This document shows, in pieces, positions 51,218-62,639 of a DNA stretch of 64,000 bases; the stretch's first letter is position 1; every line of letters begins with the position of its first letter. Position numbers and translations under genes: made by a program. Location of the stretch: contig NC_058368.1 in assembly GCF_018350175.1 (NCBI RefSeq), forward strand, positions 21,206,001 to 21,270,000. The letters run 5' to 3'. The notes under the pieces are model-generated. The model had not been told where the DNA came from. It did no database searches and worked only from the letters and a program-made list of their open reading frames with translations. The stretch comes from Felis catus (lineage: Eukaryota).

Positions 51218-52262
51218 GGCACATTTATAGTATTAACTAAAGAAGAATCTGTTCCCATAGGTCTGGCCCCTCCTAAAGCCTGAACTCCACTTTCTGCCTG
51301 TTTTGCATCATTATTACATACAAAGGGATTGCCTGAAAGGAAACCACAAGAAACCAATAACCTTAATAAATCCAAACTCACTTCAAAATGAAGAAGTTCT
51401 CTATATGTGGCCAAGAATACCAAGGTGAAATAGATGAGTGGCACACAATATTCCATGACAATTAATAAAAGATTAGTGTAACACAGTCACCAAAAAAAGG
51501 ATCTGGAAGAAGTGGAAGAGAGATGGGATAAGGGAAAGTAAGGAGAGATTGGGAGACAGAAAGAGAGAGACTAAAGTTTCCCTGTTCCTTAAAAGTGTAG
51601 GAAGAATTCTAGTCAAAATATAATCACTCAAATCCTTTTTAGTCTTGCAGCTGTAACAATATGACCTAATCCCACAGAAGTCAAAGCCATTTGCCATAAA
51701 TAGAGGTGTCCCATCACCCCAGGTCATACATAGAACTACATTCCTGAGGTCCCTGTTTCTAGTACTCTGCTAGCAAAAAAATTAAGAGCATTCTAACATG
51801 GAGAGTTGAAATGAAGTATGCACAGACTTTAAACCCCGCTGATTAGCCCTCTAAACATAACCATATCTACCACCTTTTCTGGTGGCCTTAGCTAGGCAAG
51901 TATGGACTCCAGAACCTAACCTCCCCAGGCTATTTCACCCATTTATTCAAGAAAAGCAAACCTATGGCATTAACCAGGGAACAGTCTGTTTCCATAGCTC
52001 TGCCCCCATCCTTCAAGCCGGCTCTCTGCCTGCTTTGCATCACGGCTACGCACAACGGAAGTGCCTGAAAGGAAACTGCAAGAAAAACTATAACTTTCTA
52101 AATCCAAACTCACTTCAAAGTAAGGAAGCTCTCCATATGGAGCCAAGAATATCAAGGTGTAACACACGAGGGACAACAGTATTCAAGAACAATAGAAGAT
52201 TAGTGCAACACAGCCTCCGAAACAAGGGATTGGTGAGCGGAGTGGGAGACGGGGAAGAGAAG
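51218..52262. repeat. Diverged direct duplication (~320 bp; copies 51218-51540 and 51954-52262)
   Basis: Colinear shared blocks tctgtt.ccatag, tctgcctg.tttgcatca, tgcctgaaaggaaac, taaatccaaactcacttcaaa, gccaagaata.caaggtg and gattagtg.aacacag. Confidence 0.9.
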
Positions 52263-52324
52263 GTGGGCTCCCTGTGCTCCAGGCATTGACCTCCTGAAAG
52301 CGAAAGCAACCTTGCTCTTTCAAG

Positions 52325-52550
52325 TGTTCTCCAATCGAATAGGGTTTCAAAGAGAACAGGGTTGAGGAGTATAAATAACTGTTCCTTTACATCCCTGCAG
52401 CAGTATGTAACAGGACTTGGGCTGGAGCGCTTGTTGCCATGAGGCTGTCATCTGATCCAGCTCAGTTTTTCAACTGAGCCAAAGGGCTGGAGCTCTCAGA
52501 GCATAGGCCCAGAGGAGCAGCCTCCTGAAACAATCATTTCTGGGGTAACA
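52325..52550 (+). promoter_or_regulatory. Candidate Pol II core promoter and first exon (CCAAT + TATA)
   Basis: CCAAT at 52331-52335 and TATAAATA at 52370-52377 with canonical order and spacing, in unique sequence; possible donor GGG|gtaaca near 52545. Motif evidence only. Confidence 0.3.
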
Positions 52551-53494
52551 GAATCTATTTTTGGTCTGTACCCAATCAGGAAATGGAGGAAAATACGCCA
52601 AAATGGCTGCCAATTGCCAAGTGTCAGAGAGCTGGTCCAAGCATACACAACTTCATATAGATAATAATTTTCACTCTAACGTCTTAAGGGGCAAAAAGGC
52701 AACGAAGGATGGCATAAAAACAGTGTGTTTTCCAGAGCACTCTTCACATAACATGGAGAAGGTACAGAGCAGGTACTTTTTTAAAAAGCAGTAAGTTATA
52801 TCATTGAAGCATTTTGTCAGCTCCTTTATTTTCTTCTGTTGCAAGTCAGTAAAAGCAAAAGAGAGACTTTAGAAAGTTTACAAAAACCAAACCAAACCAA
52901 ACCAAACTTCTTGAAAATTTTGACTATTCCTGGAGAGTGTTCTAGAAAAATCGTGCATGTGGAGCAGGAAAGGCAACACATTTAGCGACTACTCTGGCCC
53001 TGTTCTTGACCAAGTTGTTTTACAGTGCCGCTTTCAGTTTCATAAACCCTCTGAAGTTTAGAGATGAGAAGACTGAGATTCAAAGATAATAAGTGATTTG
53101 CCCAAAGTCACAGAGCAAATGGGCTGTAGAGCTGGGATCCTAACTGGATCTCTCTGACTGCAAATGCCTTTCTAATCACACTATGTAAAATGGACTTCAT
53201 AGCAACTGAGTTCTGGGCCTGGTTATCCATTTACTCACTGAGTCACCATAGACAAGTCATTCTAGTCCTCTGAGACTTGTTTTCCTCACATGGAAATGGT
53301 GGCTCCTAAAGTTCCCTTCAGCACTACCCTGTACGCCCTACTGTTCAGGGGGTCATAACCCTTCCACTACCAAAGACTCTTTTCTTATTTTTCATATTTT
53401 TCCTTTTTTAGATTGATGGCCTCTAATCAAATTTGTATCTCGGGCAATAACTAATTTATTTTTTTTCAGTATAATTAATTTTTAAAAATTCTAT

Positions 53495-54015
53495 GCATAA
53501 GTTAGGATTCAGTAAGGAAAAGAGAAACCATTCTAGGTATTCTAAACAGAGAGGATTTGATATGGGAAAATTATTGCACAGATGACAGGAGAGCTGAAAG
53601 ACCACTCAGGAAATAGTGAGGCAACCCAGAACACAGCAAGAGCAGAAAGCCATCGCTAGTCCTTTGGTTGAAGAAAAAATGAGGAGAGTTGTTTAGAGTC
53701 CAAAGCTGGGATCATCTAGCAAGAGCTAGAACCACAGTAGAGGCTACTTTGTGAGATGGGACCAGGGAGGGAAGGCCTGTCTGGTGAAAGTTAGAGCCAC
53801 TGAGGAAACACAGCCAATGAAGAAGGTATGGCAGAAGGGAGAGATTCCTGGTTCCATCACATACACCCTCTTGTCTTCCACTGATGTCTCCCATGAGCTG
53901 AACGTACTCAGAAGTCAGCTGGCAAGTATAGCTGGGAAATGTAGTTTCCTTTGATACAGAGCACAGCAAGGGAAGATGGTCAACAGATTTGAGAGCAAAC
54001 AGATAAATGACCCAC
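53495..54015 (-). mobile_element. ERVL LTR (LTR33-like)
   Basis: 'agaaaccattctaggtattctaaacagagagg' and 'ctgggaaatgtagttt...gagagcaaacagataaatgacccaca'. Confidence 0.55.
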
Positions 54016-54517
54016 AACTAAGGGGTAATCAGATCTTCTGATCAGCATATGTCAGCAAAGTGACCCAAGGGACTAGATAGAATTCTGGCCAAAGCAAAGC
54101 AACTTAACATCTTATGTAGCCCATAAATCTTTGCTTCAGTTTAAATGTATAATTCCCATTAGGCACCATGAAATAGCTTTTATACCCTTTGGAACTCTCA
54201 AGTAATCAGGGACACCAGTTTGGGAATCACAATTCACAAATTTTACCAACCTGCTTTGCATGTGATTCTAATAAAATGGAGAGATCTAGATCCAGAAAAC
54301 TGGATCCTATTTCTAGCCCTGTCCGAAGTGACTCTTAGGAAATAACTTCCCTTTCTCTGTATCTCAGACTTCTGTTTGTAAATGAGTCGTCAAAATCACT
54401 ACTAATCTCTAGAATTACAAATCACTCCAGGGTTACAAAAATCACTACTAATCTCCAGAATTACTAAGTGAAGTTATTAGCAGGGTTCTAAATTTACTAG
54501 ACAACACCCAGAAAACA

Positions 54518-55104
54518 TACCATATTTTATACAGCCTAAAATACACCTCTTTAAAAAACATTTTAACAGATCTAAAATTGAGAGATGTCTTAACATGTCA
54601 TAGTTTAACTGGTAGTTGTGATAGTTTGTATGTGTCAACCTGACTAGGTTACAATCCCCAGCTATTCAAACACTAATCTATATGTTACTATGAAGGTATT
54701 TTGTAGACATGATTCAAGTACATAATCAGTTGACATAAGTAAAGGAGATTACCCTAGTTAATCGGGGTGAGCCTGATTCAATCTGCTGAAAAACTTAAAG
54801 AGCAAAACTAAGGTTTCTCTGATGAAGGCAAAATTTTGCCTGTGGACAGCAGCTTCATCTAATGCCCGAGAGTTGCAGCCTGCCCTTCCTCACAAGCTGC
54901 CCTAAGTATTTCAGACTTGCCTAGCTAGCCCCCAAAATCATTTAAGTCAATTACCTGCAATAAATCTCTTAATATATACCTCCTAATAGTTCTGTTTCTC
55001 TAGTTGAGCCCTGACTGATATGGTAGCTTTTTTCTTTCTCATTAATTCATAGAATAATGGTTCTTTTAATAATCAATGGTATCTTAGCTTTGACAAAATA
55101 TAGG
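54518..55104. mobile_element. MER104-like (TcMar-Tc2) fossil split by an MLT2 LTR
   Basis: Ends 'taccatatttt' and 'atcttagctttgacaaaatata'; internal 'acattttaaca...gatgtctta'. Confidence 0.5.
54617..55022 (+). mobile_element. MLT2-type (ERVL) solo LTR
   Basis: Starts 'tgtgatagtt..tatgtgtcaacctgactagg' and ends 'gttctgtttctctagttgagccctgactgata'; 5-bp TSD gtag[t/c] at 54612-54616 and 55023-55027. Confidence 0.85.
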
Positions 55105-56509
55105 AATTTCTACTTTCTTTCCTTAGCCTATATGATTATCTTCATAAGACCTTATTCACTAGTGAATAAGGAAAAAAAACAAAAATGCCTTTCCCATCCA
55201 GCAAATTACAATTACAGCATTCACTTTAATTAACTTGCTTGATTTTGGTAAATCTCCTGTCTTTTCCCAGCCTCTAATAGAAGATGGTGACTGGTTGAAG
55301 AGGACAGACAAGAGGGTATCCTCAGGGCCACATGGGGTCATCTGGATTCTCAACGAGTCTCTACTGCAGAAAGGACAGGCTGAGATTCTCCCTGAACTAC
55401 TGACCACAGAGGTACAAGTTGGTCTGCCTTGCCATTTGAGGTCACGTGCTGGCACCCACTGCCAAAATCCATGATCCAAGTTATTCATCTTCATCTTTAA
55501 GTGCTCACCCAAAATGAACTCTCTCTTGTAACAGAGCCTCTGCTCATTCACCAGGACCCCCAGCAACTCAACCCCCCACTCCCTAGGATATGAAATAACT
55601 TAAAAGTCCTGGTACCATGCACAGGCCCAGGGGTCCAGAATTGCTGAGCAAGACTCCTAACATCACCTGCATTTGCTCATACACCATGCTGGCCATGGTG
55701 CCAGGCCCACATGGCACCTCCAGGGGGGTATAATTTTCCTCCAGGGGGGGGTCAGTCTTCACCACACCAGTCCAAAGGAACAAAGGTTTGTCTGGCTCTT
55801 CATTCCAATATGGATCATGTTTCTAAAGCTACACCCCCTTCCCTATCCCACATTGGGCCTAAGAGAAGAGAAACAAGAACCTAGACATCTCACTCTTTCC
55901 TTATTCCCATAATCCCCCCAGATTGGAAAAGCAAACTTTGTTAACTTCCCTTTACATCACATCTTCCTTCTACCCAAGGGGAGCAAGACCCTTGGCTCAG
56001 CCTACAGAGGCAGAACAGGAATCTTCCGAATACTTCATAAAGAAACTGAACGATCTGACTCCTCCAGACCAGATTCTTGAGAGACTATAGATATTTAGAA
56101 AGGCCACTGCCATTAGTCTATTGAGCCCATCATTTCAATAAGTGAGAAACCCCCCGAATATCAAGATTTACAATAGATGGAAATACATCTGAAAAATTAT
56201 TTTAAAATGTCATCTCCATCACAGATATTATTGTCACCATTAGGGTCAAGAGTTTACCTGCCACAAATGACCTCAACACACAGGCTTTTATAACTATCAA
56301 ATCAGAAAGACTTGGATTGATTGAATACATTTCACTGAATCAGTAATGGGTAGCACACAGATTAGCAAATCCAGGCCCTGCCTTAAACCACCTGAGGCCT
56401 TCCTCCTCCTCTGCAAAACCCTTCACTGAAATGTGAGGGTGCTTTATAAATTTCACAGTGCTATGTGCATACAAGATATTGCTCTTTTTGAAATCTTTTC
56501 AATATTTTT

Positions 56510-56729
56510 TTTTTTTTAATTTTTTTTAACGTTTATTTATTTTTGAGGCAGAGAGAGACAGAGCATGAACGGGGGAGGGGCAGAGAGAGAGGGAGACACA
56601 GACTCGGAAGAAGGCTCCAGGCTCTGAGCCATCAGCCCAGAGCCCGATGCGGGGCTCGAACCCACGGACCGCGAGATCGTGACCTGGCTGAAGTCGGACG
56701 CTTAACCGACTGCGCCACCCAGGCGCCCC
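56510..56729 (-). mobile_element. Young felid SINE (SINEC_Fc-type)
   Basis: 18-bp TSD aatcttttcaatattttt at 56492-56509 and 56730-56747. Confidence 0.98.
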
Positions 56730-57126
56730 AATCTTTTCAATATTTTTGAATCTCATTAAAATTCTTGCTTTACTATTTTTTTTTAAGTTACGTTACTCAG
56801 ACTAACTTCTTAAGTACTGCTAGTCTATGGTCAATTTTCTCAGCTAAAGAAACCCATAGTCTCATTACTATAACCAGCAGCACAACTATTATTATTATTA
56901 TTATTATTATTATTGACTAAATTAAATACATTCCTTGTTTCAGCTAGGCAGCTTGACTTCTTCTCCCTCTCCTTCCCCTTCTTCTTCTTTGCTTCTTGAT
57001 AACCTGAGAAGGAGTGAACAGATTTTTTTAACCAAATTTTATGCAATGCCATAGGACAATGAATTACATCTAATTTGTTCAGCTTGCCATATGAAACAAA
57101 ATGTGTGTTGCTACATTTAAAAAAAA

Positions 57127-57334
57127 TTTTTTTAATGCTTATTTTTTTTGAGAGAGAGAGAGAAACAGAGCATGGGCAAGGGAGGGGCAGAGAGAAAGAG
57201 AGACACAGAATCCAAAGCAGGCTCCAGGCTCTGAGTTGTCGGCACAGAGCCTGATGGGGGACTCAAACCCACAGACTGCAAGATCATGACCTGAGCCAAA
57301 TTTGGACACTTAACCAACTGCCACCCAAGCGCCC
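57127..57334 (-). mobile_element. Can-SINE (felid type)
   Basis: Reverse body; flanks 'ctacattt'. Confidence 0.94.
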
Positions 57335-57980
57335 CTACATTTTTTAAACACTAAAGATATTCTATAGTTTTCCAGGATTTTAGGAAAATCTGGTAAGTTC
57401 AAAGAAACTACAGAAATTCAGATTTCCCTGAATGATGACTGTAGGTTACAGGATACCTAGTGATTTTTAGTATTAAGAGAAGTCATATGCCTCCTGAAGT
57501 TGATGTGCTAACAAAGGCTGGAAGGGTTGGCCAATAACAGCAAAGGCTACCTTTCATTAAACAAGTTGTGCTCATGTCATTGCAACTCTTGAGAACAAAC
57601 AAATCCTAGATTCAGTTAGGTAGGCCCTTACTTGTTTATCTGAGTTCTATGACAATCATTGCCAGCCATAGCAACAAGCACACTCACTGTGTGCATTTCA
57701 AAATTTTTGCTTTTTAATGTTATCTCAAACCATATCCACAAGGGCTGTGAGCTACCTTTCCGAACCTAAGACAGGGCCCTTTGTTGCCAGGGCTAAGGAC
57801 AGTGATTATGAAATGCACAGGCCTATGTAACACCTGCTCTCATGTAAGTCTGCATCCACTGCATTTGCTGTAACTGTGATGTTGCTACAGGCCTGCTCTG
57901 CACAGCAGGTTAGTTTAATAACCTTTCTTACTAACTGGGTAGGGAATACAGTATTTCATCTGGATTCTCCATATGGTACT

Positions 57981-58255
57981 TTATTTGGTAACTGGTCTTA
58001 GAGGAGGAAACAAATTTTTTTTCGGCAGAAGCTGGGGCCTCCAGACGGAATTTCTAGGAGTCCTGTTTTTAAATATAGAGGGTGCAGGTAAGTCCTTGGT
58101 GAAGTTTTTGGCCATCCCAGCAGAGAGTCTGCTCCCGGAGCCTGCATGAGGACATTTGTTAATCTCCTCAAGGGGGCAATTGCCATGGTTGAGGATATAT
58201 TTGGTTTTTGGAGATATCAAAAGGTCATATGACACCAAATCCACTCTACTAGAAG
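57981..58255 (-). CDS. Candidate terminal coding exon of an unidentified gene extending to the right
   Basis: Long polypyrimidine tract plus AG (ttttctttttgatcccaag|). Open frame (A)SSRVDLVSYDLLISPKTK...PKKNLFPPLRPVTK* in non-repeat sequence. AATAAA overlaps the stop (57980-57985); ATTAAA at 57914-57919. Protein not recognised. Confidence 0.5.
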
Positions 58256-58355
58256 CTTGGGATCAAAAAGAAAAAAAAAAATGACAGAAAAAAAAAAACA
58301 ATGTTCCTGTTTGTTTCATTCACAGGCTTCAAAAGCAATTCAAAGGTAGAAGTTT

Positions 58356-58478
58356 TTTTTTTTTTTTAATTTTTTTTTTCAACGTTTTTTATTTATTTTT
58401 GGGACAGAGAGAGACAGAGCATGAACGGGGGAGGGGCAGAGAGAGAGGGAGACACAGAATCGGAAACAGGCTCCAGGC
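58356..58478 (-). mobile_element. 5'-truncated young felid SINE
   Basis: Matches the 3' half of the young copies; perfect 15-bp TSD caaaggtagaagttt at 58341-58355 and 58479-58493. Confidence 0.97.
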
Positions 58479-59189
58479 CAAAGGTAGAAGTTTAAAAAAG
58501 TATTTGAGCACTAAGCTCATGGTAGGCACTCAAAAAAATAATTTATTGTCCTAATGACTTAAAAAAGAAGGCATCATTAGACTAAAGATCTAATCTTACA
58601 AGGTCACTGATTTAAAGAGCAATAATGTTTGAAAAGGTAAGTTCTAGAAATTTTAGTTTTTAAATGGTTTGATGATTTTATAATCTCCCTGTCTCCATGC
58701 CTAAAGAAAAATAAGTAAGTAAAATGAGAACTATTGGAAAGTATTTTCTAGATCTTCAGGCACAGGCACTGCCACATCCTGGTTTGGTCCACACATATTA
58801 TCAAACGTTGATCGATGTTTGTTGATTTCAAAGTTTCTTTTGTCTCATTATTCAGAAGACTTAAGCAACATAACCAGATCACAGAAAGGCTGAGCAACAG
58901 TATGAGGGGGACAATGCTAGAGGATTTACTTGATCACAAGTCCTAAGTTCTATGTGTGTCAGCAAAGCATCATGGTTACCAAAAAGTTAATGCAACCTCA
59001 GGCTTCAGGAACCAAAAAAGTACAGTGTTCAGTTTAATGTCTTCCAGAGTCCTGCTCAAATTTGTACCAAGAGCAGAACCCGGACTACCAAGCTCACGCC
59101 CAGATAAACGAAAGCACAGCAGAGTGGAGGGCCTGGCATAGTGAGGAGAAAAAAACCCAGAAAAGGTGAGTAACAACTGCCATATTTAA

Positions 59190-59545
59190 GGAAATTTCAC
59201 CTGGAGAGAAGTCTTATGCGGCACTTGATAATTCACCAATATCTTCAAGGTTTAAGGAAGAGAGATAGGGTTTGTTGTATCTTCCTCTTCCTGAAGACAA
59301 ATTAGGACCAGTGGATAGAAGTTATGGGAAAGGTAGACTTGAGTTAGTATAAAGAGCTTTCTGAAAATTGAAATAGTCCAAAAATGGAATGAGCTACCTA
59401 GTGAGAGAAAGAGGGGCCATTACAGGGAGTGTTTAGATAGAAGTTACATGGCTATTTATCAAAAATATTATAAAAAAAAGATTCTTTCACCACAGATTGG
59501 CCTAGAAGACATCAAAGGCCTTTCCCAATTCTCATAGCCCTTAAT
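59190..59545 (+). mobile_element. L3/CR1 3' fragment
   Basis: 'ccagtggatagaagttatgggaaaggtagactt...gctttctgaaaatt...gtccaaaaatggaatgagctacc' resembles the CR1/L3 3' region. Confidence 0.6.
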
Positions 59546-60710
59546 TCAAGGTAGTATCTGTGGTCCCTAATGCACAGGATGCGGGGACATATATACTTCA
59601 CATGGGTGTGGATTTATCTAAAGTCGTTTAAATATACTATGACCCTACCACTGAAAAATAATAATCTGCCACTCACTTCCTGACATAACTGCTATTTACC
59701 ACTTATCATTATGAAACTTTCTTGTGGTTTTTCAGTTCAATCTTACCACTAAGTAGGAAGTAACTGAAATATTAGTTGAGTTGAATGCCTAATATTCAGA
59801 AGTTGCTGGCAAACACTTATTACTAAGCACGTATTGTGCATTTGGCAATACCCTCGACACATGCGAAAAGCAAGAAGGCATAGTGTCCTCCCATAAGATG
59901 CTTATAGACTAACAGATCAAATTACACCGGAGTAGAAGTGTTAAGATATTGAGTAGTACACCAAAAGTCACACAGTCTAAAGAAACCCTTAGATCACCTA
60001 GTTTGAAAGAAGACTTTTTGGAGAGAATGAGGGTTTATCCAGCAGGACTCAGACAAGAAAAGAAAAACAGGAAGGGTATTCCAGAAAGAAGGGTTGTTGT
60101 GAAATGTGGAGCAGCCGAGAGTGTGAACGGATCACTAGAATATAAAATGTCAAGTGCAAAGCAGGGAGGGGCAGGAAATGAGGCTGGGGAGACAGAGAGA
60201 AGGTGATGCAAAGAAGGGTCATATAGTATTACTTAGGAGCCTGGGGAACAGCCACAACAGGACCATAACCAGGGAGGTCACAAAGTTAGATCTACATTTT
60301 AAGTAGAACAGTTCGGCTCTAATGTCAAAGAGGGTAAACTTAAAATTAATAAATAAGAAAACTCATTTAAAGGATGAAGTTTTACTCGTATGTACTGTTG
60401 AAGGTTTAATTTTAAAGTCCACACAGATTAAAACCCAGGTTAAGTGTTCTTAACACTAAACACATAAGCACAAACACACACAACACAAGATGAGAACAGC
60501 AAATGCTCAGGTTGGTCTTCCTATGATCCACATCTCTCTCTGCTTCCACTAACTCAACTGCTCCCAGGAATGGGAGGGTCAATCAAACACAGCTCCTTCT
60601 CATTCATCTCTTTCAGAAATACATCTGGAAATTGCCATTCATCATCCTTGTCCTAATAAGCAGAAAGACATGAGAAGAAACCTGTCCTTGAAGAAATAAA
60701 CATGGGAAAT

Positions 60711-60800
60711 CTTCCTTCCTTCCTTCCTTCCTTCCTTCCTTCCTTCCTTCCTTCCTTCCTTCCATCCTTCCTTCCTTCCATCCTTCCTTCCTTCCTTCCT
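60711..60800. repeat. (CTTC)n tetranucleotide microsatellite
   Basis: Directly visible; explains ORF 60702-60956. Confidence 0.95.
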
Positions 60801-61263
60801 CCCATTCTTTTTACTGATGAAAAGCTACCCCCAGGATTTTTTCTCCCAAAAAATGTTCATATCACCATGGACTGTTGGGGAAGGAGAAACCTAAAGTTCA
60901 AGTTACTATCAGAGGTGACTGTTCTCTCTCTGATTAGTCTTTTGAGACCAAAATGATGGTGTCATACACCTTAAAGATCATCCCTGTAAGTCTCTGGGAT
61001 ATATCTGGCTTTACCTGGTGAGGTCACCCATCTAAGACAACATAAACAAACCTCCTGATCTGCTCTTATTTATTCAGAATGAAAGTCTGTTCATTGCACA
61101 CACTGTAACTCTTCCTGTTTCCCTCCTTGAATATGCAGTATTGGTGAAAGAAATTCCATTTCCCAGCACCTGTTATGAAACAGGTGTATCCTCCCATTTA
61201 ATTTCGTTAACATTCTTAAGAGTTTGGTGCAAAAACCCTCCGTCAGGTTCTCCACACTAAGTT

Positions 61264-61321
61264 TCTTTTTTTTTTTTAAGTTTTTATTTAAATTTCAGTT
61301 AGTTCACATATAGTGTAATAT
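61264..61321 (-). mobile_element. Ultra-short (58 bp) L1 3' tip insertion
   Basis: Poly(T) plus L1 terminal sequence; perfect 13-bp TSD tccacactaagtt at 61251-61263 and 61322-61334. Confidence 0.85.
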
Positions 61322-61417
61322 TCCACACTAAGTTAACAAGTACACACATATGACTAAAACTATTTCTTTTTTCAAAAACAAAAACTAACTTCTACTTCCT
61401 TTAATTCTGTCACAAAG

Positions 61418-61458
<41 letters not shown>
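61418..61458. repeat. (CA)n microsatellite
   Basis: Directly visible. Confidence 0.95.
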
Positions 61459-61459
<1 letters not shown>

Positions 61460-61540
61460 CTATAGGGAAAATAATCTAGCAGTTTAAAGGGCTGGAGCTT
61501 TGCAACAATTTGCAAATGTTTCATAAGACTCACTAAAGCT

Positions 61541-61745
61541 CGGAACGCCTGGGTGGCTCAGTCACTTAAGCATCTGACTCTTGATTTCAGCTCAGGTCAT
61601 GATCTCACAGTTTCTTGAGTTCTGCTGGCCGTGCAGAGCCTGCTTGGGATTCTGTCTCCCTCTCTCTCCCCCTCTCCTACTCGTGCTGTCTCTTTCTCAA
61701 AATAAATAAACAAACTTTAAAAAATAAATAAAATAAATAAAAACA
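61541..61745 (+). mobile_element. Can-SINE with an internal deletion
   Basis: Head and tail present; TSD aagactcac[t/c]aaagct. Confidence 0.93.
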
Positions 61746-62639
61746 AAAAGACTCACCAAAGCTTGTCTCAGAATTGAATCTGGTCAAACAAGAAAAAACT
61801 ATTACGGCAACATGGCCACCAAATAAAGGCAGATGCTGCCTCCTCCTTTTTATATATAGCCTCCACCTTCTATTATTTTCCACACAAAAGTTTAACAACA
61901 TGGAGCTAAGGGAAGACTTAAAAATTTGCTACTACATTCATCCAACAGAGTCCAAATATCTGTCTATTGGAATGTTTTTGCTAATGTTCATTCTTCATCA
62001 TAAACAGATCTTTCACTTAAGGTGACAAAATTTCTCATGAGCTCTCTCGGGCACAAAAGGAAACCTGCACTCTAAGGGAGGACACACAGGCAAGACTTCA
62101 CAGGAGAGCTGGACCCCAGCCTTGGCCTTGGCCTTGTCAGTAACTTAGCTGTGTGATGTGGACAGCAAGGGAGTTCACTGAAAATATGTCTCTGGCTTTC
62201 TCTTTGAGCGACTCACTCTCTCTCTCTCTCTCTCTCCATTTCCCCCAGGCAAAACAATAACAACTAGAGGAATCTTCTCTGAAGAAGTTAAGTCAGCTTC
62301 TTGGGAAGAATTAGGGCTGCTTGGGAAATGAAAGCCTAGATTAAAGCTCTTCTCATTCTGGAATGTTAAAAACCCTCTTTGTTTAAAAGCTGGCTCCATA
62401 TCAGCTCGCTCTAAAGTAAAGCCTACATGTTCCATGCTCCACCTTCATATGCAAAGTTCAGGCAGCCTTCCCTTTCTAGGAAACACCTAGAGGAAAAACC
62501 ATCTAAAGTATTTAACAGAATTACTGGAAAAATGGCAATGCCTAGATGTAACACCATAACAATTTCAGACAGAAAATATATAGAGTATTTACCTCCTATG
62601 CAATTTTTATGAGAAGTTACTTGAGGATTTACTCCAGGA

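Noticed and set aside
55159..55800. Possible processed pseudogene or ERV coding remnant (GC-richer patch with ORFs on both strands)
   Set aside because: No recognisable protein motif, poly(A) tail or TSD; a BLASTX search would be needed.
59201..59290. 90-nt minus-strand exon-like segment, phase-compatible with the terminal exon
   Set aside because: Stops in all three frames and overlaps an L3/CR1 remnant.
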